Source: a virus
Strand: one strand, 5' to 3'
IMG/VR virus record: IMGVR_UViG_3300008267_000780
Span: 1-64,000 of that record
DNA length: 64,000 nt
This document shows, piece by piece, positions 57,901-63,888 of this stretch. The notes under the pieces were generated by a model. The model was not told the origin of the DNA. It made no database searches and saw only the letters and a program-made list of their open reading frames with translations. The translations under genes were made by a program, and so were the position numbers. The first letter of the stretch is position 1; each line of letters begins with the position of its first letter.

Positions 57901-58474
57901 CGGTTCATCAGGTACATCAGGCGCGAATGGGGCGGCAGGTGCTGCAGGTTCATCAGGTACGAGCGGTACGAGCGTAGCGGTGAGCGGTACGACAAACAGA
58001 ATCGTTAAATTCACTGCATCGACCACGATAGGAAACGCAAACGCGTCCGACGATGGAACGACATTCGAAGTATTGAATACGGTTGGATTTAAGGCAGCCA
58101 AATCGTTAGCGGTAGGTGCTTTGTCACCATCCGCAACCACAGGACGAATTGATGCTTCAAACGACATCGTAGCGTTCTCTACATCAGACAAACGATTCAA
58201 AGAAAACGTGAAGCGAATTGAAAACGCTCTCGAGAAAATCAAGACAATCGGTGGATACTCATTCGATTGGCGCGAGGAAGGCTTCGAGGCTCACGGATTC
58301 AAAGGAAGTGATGTCGGAGTAATCGCGCAGGAAATCGAATCAGTGTTGCCCGAAATCGTGAAGGTGAAAGCCAACGGATTCAAGGGTGTACGTTACGAAA
58401 AAATTATCGCCTTGGTGATTGAAGCAATCAAGGAGTTGGATGACAAAGTTGAACAATTAAAGAAGCAACAGTAA
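45923..58474 (+). CDS. giant 4183-aa collagen-like fibre with C1q/BclA-like internal domain and C-terminal peptidase S74 chaperone
   Basis: Gly at every third residue over about 3400 aa; ITVQYSGIYEFSF..FIRKNG; SDKRFKENV...GVIAQE...VRYEKIIALVIEAIKEL. Confidence 0.9.
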   Translation: MAKNILITPYRNSTNPLELPKIDFINGSTAITLQVEETTQSITYVGSAGTLLQINNDLTGTTVSTKNIAITGVIKNTGITSNSGLNDFVVVDIATGQFYYRSAPTGTSGSSGQSGTSGTSGANGSSGTSGANGSSGTSGANGSSGTSGANGSSGTSASSGTSGSTGSSGTSGANGSSGTSGVNGSSGTSGTSGENGSSGTSGENGSSGTSGENGSSGTSGENGSSGTSGENGSSGTSGENGSSGSSGTSGANGSSGTSGANGTSGTSGGSGASISDGWDWGTPINATKMYSSNGALDSSSVLLNISETSLTSQNYASQFSLIGIGSKITTRGGLFGANVTEWEVTSVTDSGTYYEFGVTYLSGTQWTPSTGDDILCDFAIAGQAGTSGTAGTSGANGSSGTSGANGTSGTSGENGTSGTSGSTGSSGTSGAGVANYYAQYSSSVSQAIAVVNTPQVITYNTVEIENGISFSGGQITVQYSGIYEFSFSPQVEKTQGGTAVNVDFFIRKNGFDVIRTDSIIGLVSNSQLQLPFVSLTLELLQNDFIELLFASSSTFVQITAEAAKTTPFVAPAAPSVIVSLKNIGVAAVAYTSTSGSSGQSGTAGVSGTSGSTGTSGSSGESGTAGTSGIAGTSGTSGDSGSSGTSGTGGSSGSSGDSGSSGTSGTGGSSGTSGTGGSSGSSGNSGSSGTSGTGGSSGTSGTGGSSGSSGNSGSSGTSGTGGSSGSSGNSGSSGTSGTGGSSGSSGDSGSSGTSGTGGSSGTSGTGGSSGTSGTGGSSGSSGDSGSSGTSGTGGSSGSSGDSGSSGTSGTGGSSGTSGSSGSSGSTGTSGSTGSSGSSGSAGTSGSTGSSGSAGTSGSTGSSGTSGSTGSSGTSASSGSSGSAGTSGESGSAGTSGSTGSSGSSGSTGTSGSTGSSGSSGSAGTGGSSGTSGTGGSSGSSGDSGSSGTSGTGGSSGTSGTGGSSGSSGDSGSSGTSGTGGSSGTSGSSGSSGSTGTSGSTGSSGSSGSAGTSGSTGTSGSTGTSGSSGTSGSTGSSGSTGSSGTSGSSGTSGSTGSSGTSGSTGTSGSAGSAGSSGSTGSSGTSGSSGTSGSTGSSGSTGSSGTSGSSATSGSAGSSGTAGSAGSSGTSGANGSSGTSGSAGSSGSTGSSGTSGSSGTSGSAGSSGSTGSSGTSGSSGTSGSTGSSGSTGSSGTSGSTGSSGSTGTSGSTGTSGSSGSSGTSGANGSSGTSGSAGSSGSTGSSGTSGSSGTSGSTGSSGSTGSSGTSGSSGTSASSGTSGTAGTSGSAGTSGENGSSGTSGSSGSAGSTGSSGTSGSSGTSGSTGSSGSTGSSGTSGSSATSGSTGSSGTSGANGSSGTSGSSGSAGTSGSTGSSGTSGSSGTSGSTGSSGSTGSSGTSGTSATSGSAGSSGTSGSTGSSGTSGSAGSSGTSGSVGSSGTSGSAGSSGTSGSTGSSGSTGSSGTSGTSATSGSAGSSGSTGSSGTSGSSGTSGSTGSSGSTGSSGTSGSTGSSGTSGANGSSGTSGSAGSSGTAGSAGSSGTSGANGSSGTSGSSGSAGSSGSTGSSGTSGSSGTSGSTGSSGSTGSSGTSGSAGTSGSSGSSGTSGANGSSGTSGSAGSSGSTGSSGTSGSSGTSGSTGSSGSTGSSGTSGSSGTSASSGSSGSAGTSGSAGTSGANGSSGTSGSSGSAGSSGSTGSSGTSGSSGTSGSAGSSGSTGSSGTSGSAGSSGTSGSAGSSGTSGANGSSGTSGSSGSAGSSGSTGSSGTSGSSGTSGSTGSSGSTGSSGTSGSSGTSASSGSSGTSGSAGSSGTSGANGSSGTSGSAGSAGSSGSTGSSGTSGSSGTSGSTGSSGSTGSSGTSGSSATSGSAGSSGTAGSSGSSGTSGANGSSGTSGSAGSTGSSGTSGSTGSSGTSGSSGTSGTAGSSGTSGSTGSSGSTGSSGTSGSSGTSGANGSSGTSGSSGSAGSSGSTGSSGTSGSSGTSGSTGSSGSTGSSGTSGSSATSGSAGSSGTSGSAGSSGTSGANGSSGTSGSAGSSGSTGSSGTSGSSGTSGSAGSSGSTGSSGTSGSAGSSGTSGSAGSSGSAGSSGTSGANGSSGTSGSAGSSGSTGSSGTSGSSGTSGSTGSSGSTGSSGTSGSAGSSGTSASSGSSGSAGTSGSSGTSGANGSSGTSGSAGSAGSSGSTGSSGTSGSSGTSGSTGSSGSTGSSGSTGSSGSTGTSGSSGSSGTSGANGSSGTSGSAGSSGSTGSSGTSGSSGTSGSAGSSGSTGSSGTSGSSATSGSAGSSGTAGSAGSSGTSGANGSSGSSGTSGSSGSSGSTGSSGTSGSSGTSGSAGSSGSTGSSGTSGSSGTSASSGSSGSAGTSGSSGTSGANGSSGSSGTSGSSGSAGSTGSSGSSGTSGSSGTSGSTGSSGSTGSSGSTGTSGSSGSSGTSGANGSSGSSGTSGSAGSSGTSGSAGSSGTSGSAGSSGTSGTAGSSGTSGTRGSSGSSGSTGSSGTSGSSGTSGSTGSSGSTGSSGTSGSSGTSASSGSSGSAGTSGSSGTSGANGSSGTSGSSGSAGSSGSTGSSGTSGSSGTSGSAGSSGSTGSSGTSGSAGSSGTSGSAGSSGTSGANGSSGTSGSSGSAGSSGSTGSSGTSGSSGTSGSAGSSGSTGSSGTSGSAGSSGTSGSAGSSGTSGANGSSGTSGSSGSAGSSGSTGSSGTSGSSGTSGSTGSSGSTGSSGTSGSAGSSGTSGSAGSSGTSGSAGSSGTSGTAGSSGTSGTRGSSGSSGSTGTSGSSGTSGSTGSSGSTGSSGTSGSSGTSASSGSSGSAGTSGSSGTSGANGSSGSSGTAGSSGSAGSSGSTGSSGTSGSSGTSGSTGSSGSTGSSGSTGTSGSSGSSGTSGANGSSGSSGTSGSAGSSGTSGSAGSSGTSGSAGSSGTSGSAGSSGSTGSSGTSGSSGSSGTSGANGSSGSSGTAGSSGSAGSTGSSGSSGTAGSSGTAGSSGSAGSSGSTGSSGTAGSSGSSGTSGANGSSGSAGSSGTSGTAGSSGTSGTRGSSGSSGSTGSSGSTGTSGSSGSSGTSGSSGSSGTSGANGSSGSSGTSGSSGSTGSSGSTGSSGTAGSSGSAGSTGSSGSSGTAGSSGTSASSGSSGSAGTSGANGSSGSSGTSGSSGSAGSTGSSGSSGTAGSSGTSGSAGSAGSSGSTGSSGTSGSSGSSGTSGANGSSGSSGTSGSAGSSGSTGSSGSSGTAGSSGTAGSSGSTGSSGSTGSSGTAGSSGSSGTSGANGSSGSSGTSGSAGSSGTSGTAGSSGTSGTRGSSGSSGSTGSSGSTGTSGSSGSSGSAGTSGANGSSGTSGSSGSAGSTGSSGSSGTSGSSGTSGSAGSSGSTGSSGSTGTSGSSGSSGSAGTSGANGSSGTAGSSGSAGSSGSTGSSGTAGSSGSAGSTGSSGSSGTAGSSGTSGSSGSAGSSGSAGTSGANGSSGTSGSSGSAGSTGSSGSSGTAGSSGTSGTRGSSGSSGSTGSSGSTGTSGSSGSAGTSGANGSSGTSGSSGSAGSSGSTGSSGTSGSSGSAGSTGSSGSSGTAGSSGTSASSGSSGSAGTSGANGSSGTSGSSGSAGSTGSSGSSGTAGSSGSAGSSGSTGSSGTAGSSGSAGSTGSSGSTGTSGSSGSSGNTGAAGSSGTSGSSGSAGSTGSSGSSGTAGSSGTSGTRGSSGSSGSTGSSGSTGTSGSSGSSGNTGAAGSSGTSGSSGSAGSTGSSGSTGTSGSSGSSGNTGAAGSSGTSGSSGSAGSTGSSGSTGTSGSSGSSGNTGAAGSSGTSGSSGNTGAAGSSGTSGSSGSSGNTGAAGSSGTSGSSGNTGAAGSSGTSGSSGSSGNTGAAGSSGTSGSSGNTGAAGSSGTSGANGAAGSSGTSGSSGTSGANGAAGSSGTSGTRGSSGTSGANGANGSSGTSGANGANGSSGTSGANGAAGSSGTSGANGAAGSSGTSGTRGSSGTSGANGANGSSGTSGANGANGSSGTSGANGAAGAAGSSGTSGTSVAVSGTTNRIVKFTASTTIGNANASDDGTTFEVLNTVGFKAAKSLAVGALSPSATTGRIDASNDIVAFSTSDKRFKENVKRIENALEKIKTIGGYSFDWREEGFEAHGFKGSDVGVIAQEIESVLPEIVKVKANGFKGVRYEKIIALVIEAIKELDDKVEQLKKQQ
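47702..57973 (+). repeat. 10.3-kb degenerate 9-bp-period coding repeat (Gly-X-Y; X,Y mostly Ser/Thr/Ala/Asn)
   Basis: directly visible; internal block duplications, e.g. 48361-48450 versus 48870-48960. Confidence 0.95.
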
Positions 58475-59061
58475 TGGCAGTACCAACATCAAATATAAGT
58501 ATGAGCGCAATTTACGGGGAGGCCAACGTAGGTGGCCCCCCGAGCGACTTGGCGGTTAGTGACTTATTCAAATTGTCATATTTTGAAAGTAACGCTTTCG
58601 GTGGTCCCTTGGCATATAATGCTTGGGGTATTTATGGAAATGCGAGTGGCGCAGACAGAATTTATGGACTTTCGGCAAGTAACACCAATAATAACTTTAA
58701 TCAATTTGCGAGCAAAGTTTACTATATGGATAATTCAACGTATGCTAACTATGTAGATGTAGTCAACAATTTAGTAGCACCCCCCCCTCCTGACCCACCT
58801 GATTTGAACGATATAACTGTTTTTTGTAGATTATATGATTCTACAGGTGTTTATCAATATAGTTTGTTTCAGTCCTTAATAGCCGCAGGTGGTAGTGCAA
58901 GTCAAATATTTAGTAACACGACTGAACCTATTTTGGCAGTAGCATATTGGGAAGTTCAGTTTCAGCCATCGAGTCCTATGTTTGCAGGTACAACGTGTAA
59001 TATAGATATAAATAATATTAGTAGCATCAAATTCATCAGGGTACATTGGCACTTACTTTGA
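58474..59061 (+). CDS. fibre tip/adhesin-like protein
   Basis: MAVPTSNISMSAIYGE N-terminus is typical of partners of S74-chaperoned fibres; 3' end possibly frameshifted. Confidence 0.6.
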   Translation: MAVPTSNISMSAIYGEANVGGPPSDLAVSDLFKLSYFESNAFGGPLAYNAWGIYGNASGADRIYGLSASNTNNNFNQFASKVYYMDNSTYANYVDVVNNLVAPPPPDPPDLNDITVFCRLYDSTGVYQYSLFQSLIAAGGSASQIFSNTTEPILAVAYWEVQFQPSSPMFAGTTCNIDINNISSIKFIRVHWHLL

Positions 59062-59086
59062 TATTTCAATAGGTTAAGTAAATTTG
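59057..59086 (+). promoter_or_regulatory. Bacteroidota-type promoter
   Basis: TTTG (59057) - 18 nt - TAAATTTG (59079), ATG at 59107. Confidence 0.5.
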
Positions 59087-59106
59087 AAGTGAATAAAAAT
59101 GTAACT

Positions 59107-59364
59107 ATGGAAAAAATATTATTATCAGAAGAAGAATTAAATGAATCACGAATCATTTCTCAAATTCAAAATGACTTGAATTCTCAAATCGCGACTTTCA
59201 CAAGACAAATTGAATCGTTAAAATCCAAGCGTAAATATGCAATCCAAGAATTCACAGAATTAGAGGAAAAAAACAAAGTCTTTTATGAGCATATTACTAA
59301 GAAATACGGTGTTGGAAGCATTGATTTGGACACGGGTGAGTTTACCCTAATAAATATCAAATGA
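59107..59364 (+). CDS. small coiled-coil protein
   Basis: coil ending KYGVGSIDLDTGEF. Confidence 0.65.
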   Translation: MEKILLSEEELNESRIISQIQNDLNSQIATFTRQIESLKSKRKYAIQEFTELEEKNKVFYEHITKKYGVGSIDLDTGEFTLINIK

Positions 59365-59834
59365 TAGTTGTTTTTTATGGGAAAAGAAACTCAGGCAAGA
59401 CAACTCTTTGCCGTGAGTTTTATGGTTGGGTAAAACAGAATTTGCCTCTCAGATGTCATTACTTAGATGCAGACAAACTTCGGTTTGTTTATGGTCTAAA
59501 AGGATTCTCTGAGCAAACAGAAAGAGCATTGGTACAAAAAGCGATGGAAATATCGCGTTATGAGGAAAGTTTAAATGACGTTGTTTTGATTAGTATTTCT
59601 TTTGCATATAAGGACCAAAGAGAAGTTTTTGAAGAAAACAGGGGAATTTTATGGATACCTTTGACACACGATGAGTCTCAAAGGCCCACGAATAAAAAAG
59701 AATTTGAAAACGCTCAGTTCGAAAAATTGGAAAATGAAATTGACACATCGCAAAATGATGTGAAATCGGCATTAAATACAGTAATCCAACGCTACAAAGA
59801 TTTTTGTGTAACTTCGCAATACAAGGGGAAATGA
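59361..59834 (+). CDS. P-loop kinase, adenylylsulfate-kinase-like
   Basis: GKRNSGKTT and YLDADKLR. Confidence 0.65.
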   Translation: MIVVFYGKRNSGKTTLCREFYGWVKQNLPLRCHYLDADKLRFVYGLKGFSEQTERALVQKAMEISRYEESLNDVVLISISFAYKDQREVFEENRGILWIPLTHDESQRPTNKKEFENAQFEKLENEIDTSQNDVKSALNTVIQRYKDFCVTSQYKGK

Positions 59835-60052
59835 CAACTCAACAGCAACAAAGCGCAATGATTGAAAAATGGGTAAATCGCATACTTCTTGGAATATGCG
59901 CATTTTTCTGTGCTCAATTATTTGCGGATATGAAAACTCAACGTCACGACATAGAAGAAGTGAAATTGAGTAACGCGAGAATTGAAACGGAAATAAAGTA
60001 CATCAGAGAAATGGTGGAGCCGTATCGAAATAATAAAGTAGTTAACAATTAA
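59831..60052 (+). CDS. small TM plus coiled-coil protein, holin-like
   Basis: RILLGICAFFCAQLF followed by a coil. Confidence 0.5.
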   Translation: MTTQQQQSAMIEKWVNRILLGICAFFCAQLFADMKTQRHDIEEVKLSNARIETEIKYIREMVEPYRNNKVVNN

Positions 60053-60058
60053 AAAATT

Positions 60059-60361
60059 ATGCCAATACCTGTAGCAATAGCGGCAGCATTAATCACAACG
60101 GCAGGTAGTACGGCTGTAGGTGGTTTAGATGTTGTCTCAAAACGAAAACTCGAAAAAAACCTTGCTAAATTAAACGCTGCGGAGGCCGAGGCTCTTCAAA
60201 AGCAATTAGCAAAAGAAAAGGATGCTCAAACCAAATTGATTTTACTGCAGGATGCTGCGGATAAAGCGCAAAAAAGAAGCACGACGAATATAATTATTGG
60301 CTCTGCAATCGGCTTAATTGGCTTGATTGCGGCAATTATTGCATTAAAAAACAAAAAGTAA
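60059..60361 (+). CDS. virion membrane protein
   Basis: hydrophobic N-terminus and C-terminal TM plus KNKK. Confidence 0.7.
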   Translation: MPIPVAIAAALITTAGSTAVGGLDVVSKRKLEKNLAKLNAAEAEALQKQLAKEKDAQTKLILLQDAADKAQKRSTTNIIIGSAIGLIGLIAAIIALKNKK

Positions 60362-60678
60362 TGGAGTTTTCAAAAGAAGTAAAAAACGCGGTCATCATTG
60401 CAGTTGCGACAATTACTTTATATGTGCTGTTGAAACCAAAGAAAAATAGTCTTAGCAAGCCTATGAAGGCGACTAAAGACGAACTGAGTCAAAAGCAAAA
60501 TGCTCGAACCATTTTGGATGCTTACTTAAATGCAGTTGATGCAAAAGAATCATCAACAGCACTACAGAAATTGAACGCAATTTTTGCGGACGAATATTCA
60601 ATGAAGGTGTATAAAACAAAGAGTGGCAGTTATGTAGCGCGAACCTTAGACGGTAAAGATGTATTAGTAGCAAAATAA
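60361..60678 (+). CDS. membrane protein (N-terminal TM)
   Basis: AVIIAVATITLYVLL followed by KPKK. Confidence 0.7.
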   Translation: MEFSKEVKNAVIIAVATITLYVLLKPKKNSLSKPMKATKDELSQKQNARTILDAYLNAVDAKESSTALQKLNAIFADEYSMKVYKTKSGSYVARTLDGKDVLVAK

Positions 60679-61127
60679 TGGCCACGTTCAATCCAATCAT
60701 AACGACATATCCAAATGACGCAATCAGAGTTACAAGCGCGTCTGATATTAGTTATGAAACGGTGAACGCAAGTGTGGGTACGGGTTACTATTATGATTTC
60801 AAAAGTTTTTATCAATTTTCATCGGTCTTAGAGCAACTTCTTGAACCCATATACTTGCTGAAATTTAGTAAACAGGGTGACAGGAATGTTTACTATATGA
60901 ATAATACAATTGACCCATATCAGGGTACATCGGCATTGTCTATAGATACCGAATTTCTTGATTACAGGTTTGATTCAAACAACGCTTTCATCCCAAGAAT
61001 TCTTGGAAATACAACCTTGTTTTATCGCTTCGATATTCACGAATTAAGTAATGAAGATTTATTGACAAGGGGAGAAAGTAATTTTGGAATGATAGATTTT
61101 TACGAAGATTACGAAATAGATTTCTGA
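60678..61127 (+). CDS. minor capsid protein, paralogue of the MCP C-terminal part
   Basis: QLLEPI versus QLLETI, TIDPYQ versus TVDPYQ, YRFD versus YRID, ILGNTT versus VLASTT. Confidence 0.7.
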   Translation: MATFNPIITTYPNDAIRVTSASDISYETVNASVGTGYYYDFKSFYQFSSVLEQLLEPIYLLKFSKQGDRNVYYMNNTIDPYQGTSALSIDTEFLDYRFDSNNAFIPRILGNTTLFYRFDIHELSNEDLLTRGESNFGMIDFYEDYEIDF

Positions 61128-61489
61128 TGCCCGCCAAAAAAATGATATTAAATATTGAAAACCATACGCCCTATCCCGCGTATATTTCTCTTTTAGGTGG
61201 TCTTCAGGACCCAAACCAATATAATATCAATGCTCAAACAGAATATTTGTATGATATCGGTAACTACAATTGGGCGACATCAAGCATATGGACTTTACAA
61301 TTCAAAAGGGTTGGAGCATCGACTTTCAGTGTACAACAGGGGCCTACAAACGGAAGTTCACAGGCATTTTTGATAAATTTAAATCTTTCAAGTTTAGGGT
61401 TGTTCAATACGCTTAGAGTGAGTTCAACCATATTTCTTCTGTACACTTTCAATGATTACTACGAGTTTGGTACACTTACAATAAACTAA
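61127..61489 (+). CDS. minor capsid protein, N-terminus resembles the first MCP strands
   Basis: MILNIENHTPYPAYISLLG versus YIIQIANTGSAVSNFSVLG. Confidence 0.55.
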   Translation: MPAKKMILNIENHTPYPAYISLLGGLQDPNQYNINAQTEYLYDIGNYNWATSSIWTLQFKRVGASTFSVQQGPTNGSSQAFLINLNLSSLGLFNTLRVSSTIFLLYTFNDYYEFGTLTIN

Positions 61490-61511
61490 AAACCACCCCG
61501 AAAGGTGGTTT
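61489..61511. terminator. hairpin between convergent blocks
   Basis: AAACCACC-CCGAAA-GGTGGTTT. Confidence 0.6.
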
Positions 61512-61605
61512 ACAGTCTGAAGGAACAGTCACTTCTCAATAGAATCTTTAAAATCGTCGAATTCAAAATACTTTAATATTTTGCAACAACGACACGAATT
61601 TAGTG

Positions 61606-62391
61606 TCAATCATCTGTATAAGCAAGTTTTGCATAAAGGCCCTTTTTTGTGGGCTTTTTGTCGTTTATAATGATGACTCTTTCTTCATCATCAAGGGTCA
61701 AAACTGCACCTCCTTCAACTTGGTCGTCAAAACTTAAAGCCCTTGAACCCAAGGAGTCTTTTGGCAGTAGTTTAGACAACTGTTTCAACACGATTTTCTT
61801 TAGCATCCAAAATTGACTGTCTTTTGCGTCATTGAAATACAGTTCGTTTCTATTTTGAAGATTCTCCACAATCGTTTCCAATTCTTTCTTAGACATCACC
61901 TTGAAGACCTTTTCTTCATCGCGCGTTTTGACCATCGCGTAAATGTGAGTTAAAGAAATCGATGTTCTCAAATCGTCTTTGGGTTTGTGACGTAGAATTG
62001 GGTCAAGTCCAAGTTCATAATCGAAGTCATCCGCCTCGTGCACAGACTCACACCAAATTGATTTTACGCCATTATTTCGCATCAAGAGTGTGATTACACC
62101 TTTGTAGCCTAAAATAGGCTTAATTTGGCCCTTGTAGGGCAAAAAGAAAAACTCTCCGACTGATGGATTGGGGCTCAAACCCAATTCTGCACAATGAATG
62201 ATTGCCGCAAACAGGTTGCGAGGATTTTTTTGGAATGCAAACAGCATTTCTTCATTTCTCCTGACTTCAGTTAAAACAACTTGTTTGAACTGAGCGGGCG
62301 ATATGGAATGATTTTTCAACAAATCGACCAATACCTTTTGTTCAAAAGTGTCGAGTTGAATACTAAATTTTGTTAAAAGGGCGTTATCCAT
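61606..62391 (-). CDS. recT: RecT-family ssDNA annealing protein
   Basis: CAELGLSPNP..GEFFFLPY, ILGYKG, MLKKIVLKQLSKLLP. Confidence 0.9.
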   Translation of the reverse strand: MDNALLTKFSIQLDTFEQKVLVDLLKNHSISPAQFKQVVLTEVRRNEEMLFAFQKNPRNLFAAIIHCAELGLSPNPSVGEFFFLPYKGQIKPILGYKGVITLLMRNNGVKSIWCESVHEADDFDYELGLDPILRHKPKDDLRTSISLTHIYAMVKTRDEEKVFKVMSKKELETIVENLQNRNELYFNDAKDSQFWMLKKIVLKQLSKLLPKDSLGSRALSFDDQVEGGAVLTLDDEERVIIINDKKPTKKGLYAKLAYTDD

Positions 62392-62398
62392 TGGTTTT

Positions 62399-62614
62399 TT
62401 ATTTTGATTTAATTAGGGTTAGGGCTTCTTTCATCATCCTGACTTTTTTCAAATCTGAGGGCGTGTAGCCGTGTATGTCAAGCAACCTATTAAAAGTTGC
62501 TATTCTCTGTTCAATCAGAATTACAGATTCGTCTTTGGTGTGATTTGGAAGCAACTCATTTACAATTTCAATAGCATCTTTTGCTTCGGGAAAAGGAATA
62601 AAGGTTTCGTACAT
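62399..62614 (-). CDS. hypothetical protein
   Basis: 71-aa ORF coupled to neighbours. Confidence 0.6.
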   Translation of the reverse strand: MYETFIPFPEAKDAIEIVNELLPNHTKDESVILIEQRIATFNRLLDIHGYTPSDLKKVRMMKEALTLIKSK

Positions 62615-63888
62615 TATGGTTTTGGATTGATGTCAACAAGTGATTTCTGACCTATGTGAATGAATAAATTTTCTTTGGTTAAAATTTGTTGTCTGTTTGG
62701 ATATTCATCGGCAAATTTCAATTCCCATCCGTGGTCTTTGTGAAATATTTTGTTCTCAAAAACGCGTCTGCGAAAAATTGAAGGGTTGTTACCATAATTG
62801 TTCATTTTTACCTCTTGCCATTTTAAAAATCCATTTTGCATTTCATAAAAGTGCCTGTAATTTTTTGGGAAAGGGTTTTTCCAATAATATTCATTCAAAG
62901 AAGTTTCTGACTTGATTTCGTCGGATTGAATTTCAAATACCTGAGAGAACATAATTTGGTCAAATGCGGAATGCTTTTTCAAATAATTGATGTGTTTGCC
63001 TAAATCGAGGGGTTTCACTGATTCCCAATCGTCTTCAAGCAAAAATACAAATTCGCTTGGTCCCATTAGGTGTTTAATCATATTGAACTTATCTACATAA
63101 TCAAATTGACCATCACTGTTAAAAGTTACTACGTGCGCTTTTTTACCGAACAAGGCATCCAAATACAATTCCATTTTATATCGCTCCTCAGAAGTACTTC
63201 GGTCATCCAAAACCCAAACCTCATTGAACATAGTCCTGTAGTTTGGATTGTGTTTCTGAAGAGATTTCAGTGTGCGCAGGAAATAGTCAAAACGTCTGCC
63301 TGATGAAATTATCAAATTAGGGGCCACGTGAGGCTCGTAATTGATGTAATAGCCATATTCGTCATCTCCATACAATAACTTCAAATTAGGATACCTATTG
63401 GCCATAACTTCAGGTGTTAAATCAGGTTGATGGTGAGTCTCATAAATGTTTCCCTCATATTCGCCCCTGTGCTCCAAATATGGAACAGCCACCAAGCATT
63501 TAATATTGTAGGTTTCTATTGTACCCATCAACAAAGTTGCATCAGATGGTGTGAGATGCTCAAGTATGTCGCCTAAAATGATGTAATCATACATCAAAAT
63601 GTTAACGGTCATAATACTTTGCTGATAAATGGTATTGTATTTTGCTGCAAGGTTAAATTGAGGAATGTAGGGGTCCCAAATTTCCACTGCGTCCATTGGA
63701 ATTTTTAAAAGGTCCGCATAGGTTCCTGAGCCCGCTCCAACGTCAAGGACGCGGGGATTAGAGGTGTTCTGTAGTTCTAAGAGAATGTGCTCTCGAACAT
63801 TGTGTTTGAATTTGTTATTTGAATAGGGCATTTTAGTAGAATACTTGTTTGATTTTAGGTAAAAGGGCTCTTTGTTCGCAAGTTTCAT
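62614..63888 (-). CDS. class I SAM methyltransferase-GT2-like fusion
   Basis: VLDVGAGSG, GDILEH; VLDDRS, FLLEDDW. Confidence 0.8.
   Translation of the reverse strand: MKLANKEPFYLKSNKYSTKMPYSNNKFKHNVREHILLELQNTSNPRVLDVGAGSGTYADLLKIPMDAVEIWDPYIPQFNLAAKYNTIYQQSIMTVNILMYDYIILGDILEHLTPSDATLLMGTIETYNIKCLVAVPYLEHRGEYEGNIYETHHQPDLTPEVMANRYPNLKLLYGDDEYGYYINYEPHVAPNLIISSGRRFDYFLRTLKSLQKHNPNYRTMFNEVWVLDDRSTSEERYKMELYLDALFGKKAHVVTFNSDGQFDYVDKFNMIKHLMGPSEFVFLLEDDWESVKPLDLGKHINYLKKHSAFDQIMFSQVFEIQSDEIKSETSLNEYYWKNPFPKNYRHFYEMQNGFLKWQEVKMNNYGNNPSIFRRRVFENKIFHKDHGWELKFADEYPNRQQILTKENLFIHIGQKSLVDINPKP

Noticed and set aside
47689-58242. 3517-aa antisense PEVP/PLEP ORF, the 2569-aa and 851-aa +1-frame ORFs, and many small nested ORFs
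   Set aside because: Shadows of the Gly-Ser/Thr repeat, whose limited codon set rarely creates stops in other frames; no independent domains or start context.
45923-58474. Tail tape measure or ice-nucleation protein interpretation
   Set aside because: Strict 3-residue Gly period and S74 C-terminus fit a trimeric fibre; no helical TMP character and no AGYGST 16-mer.
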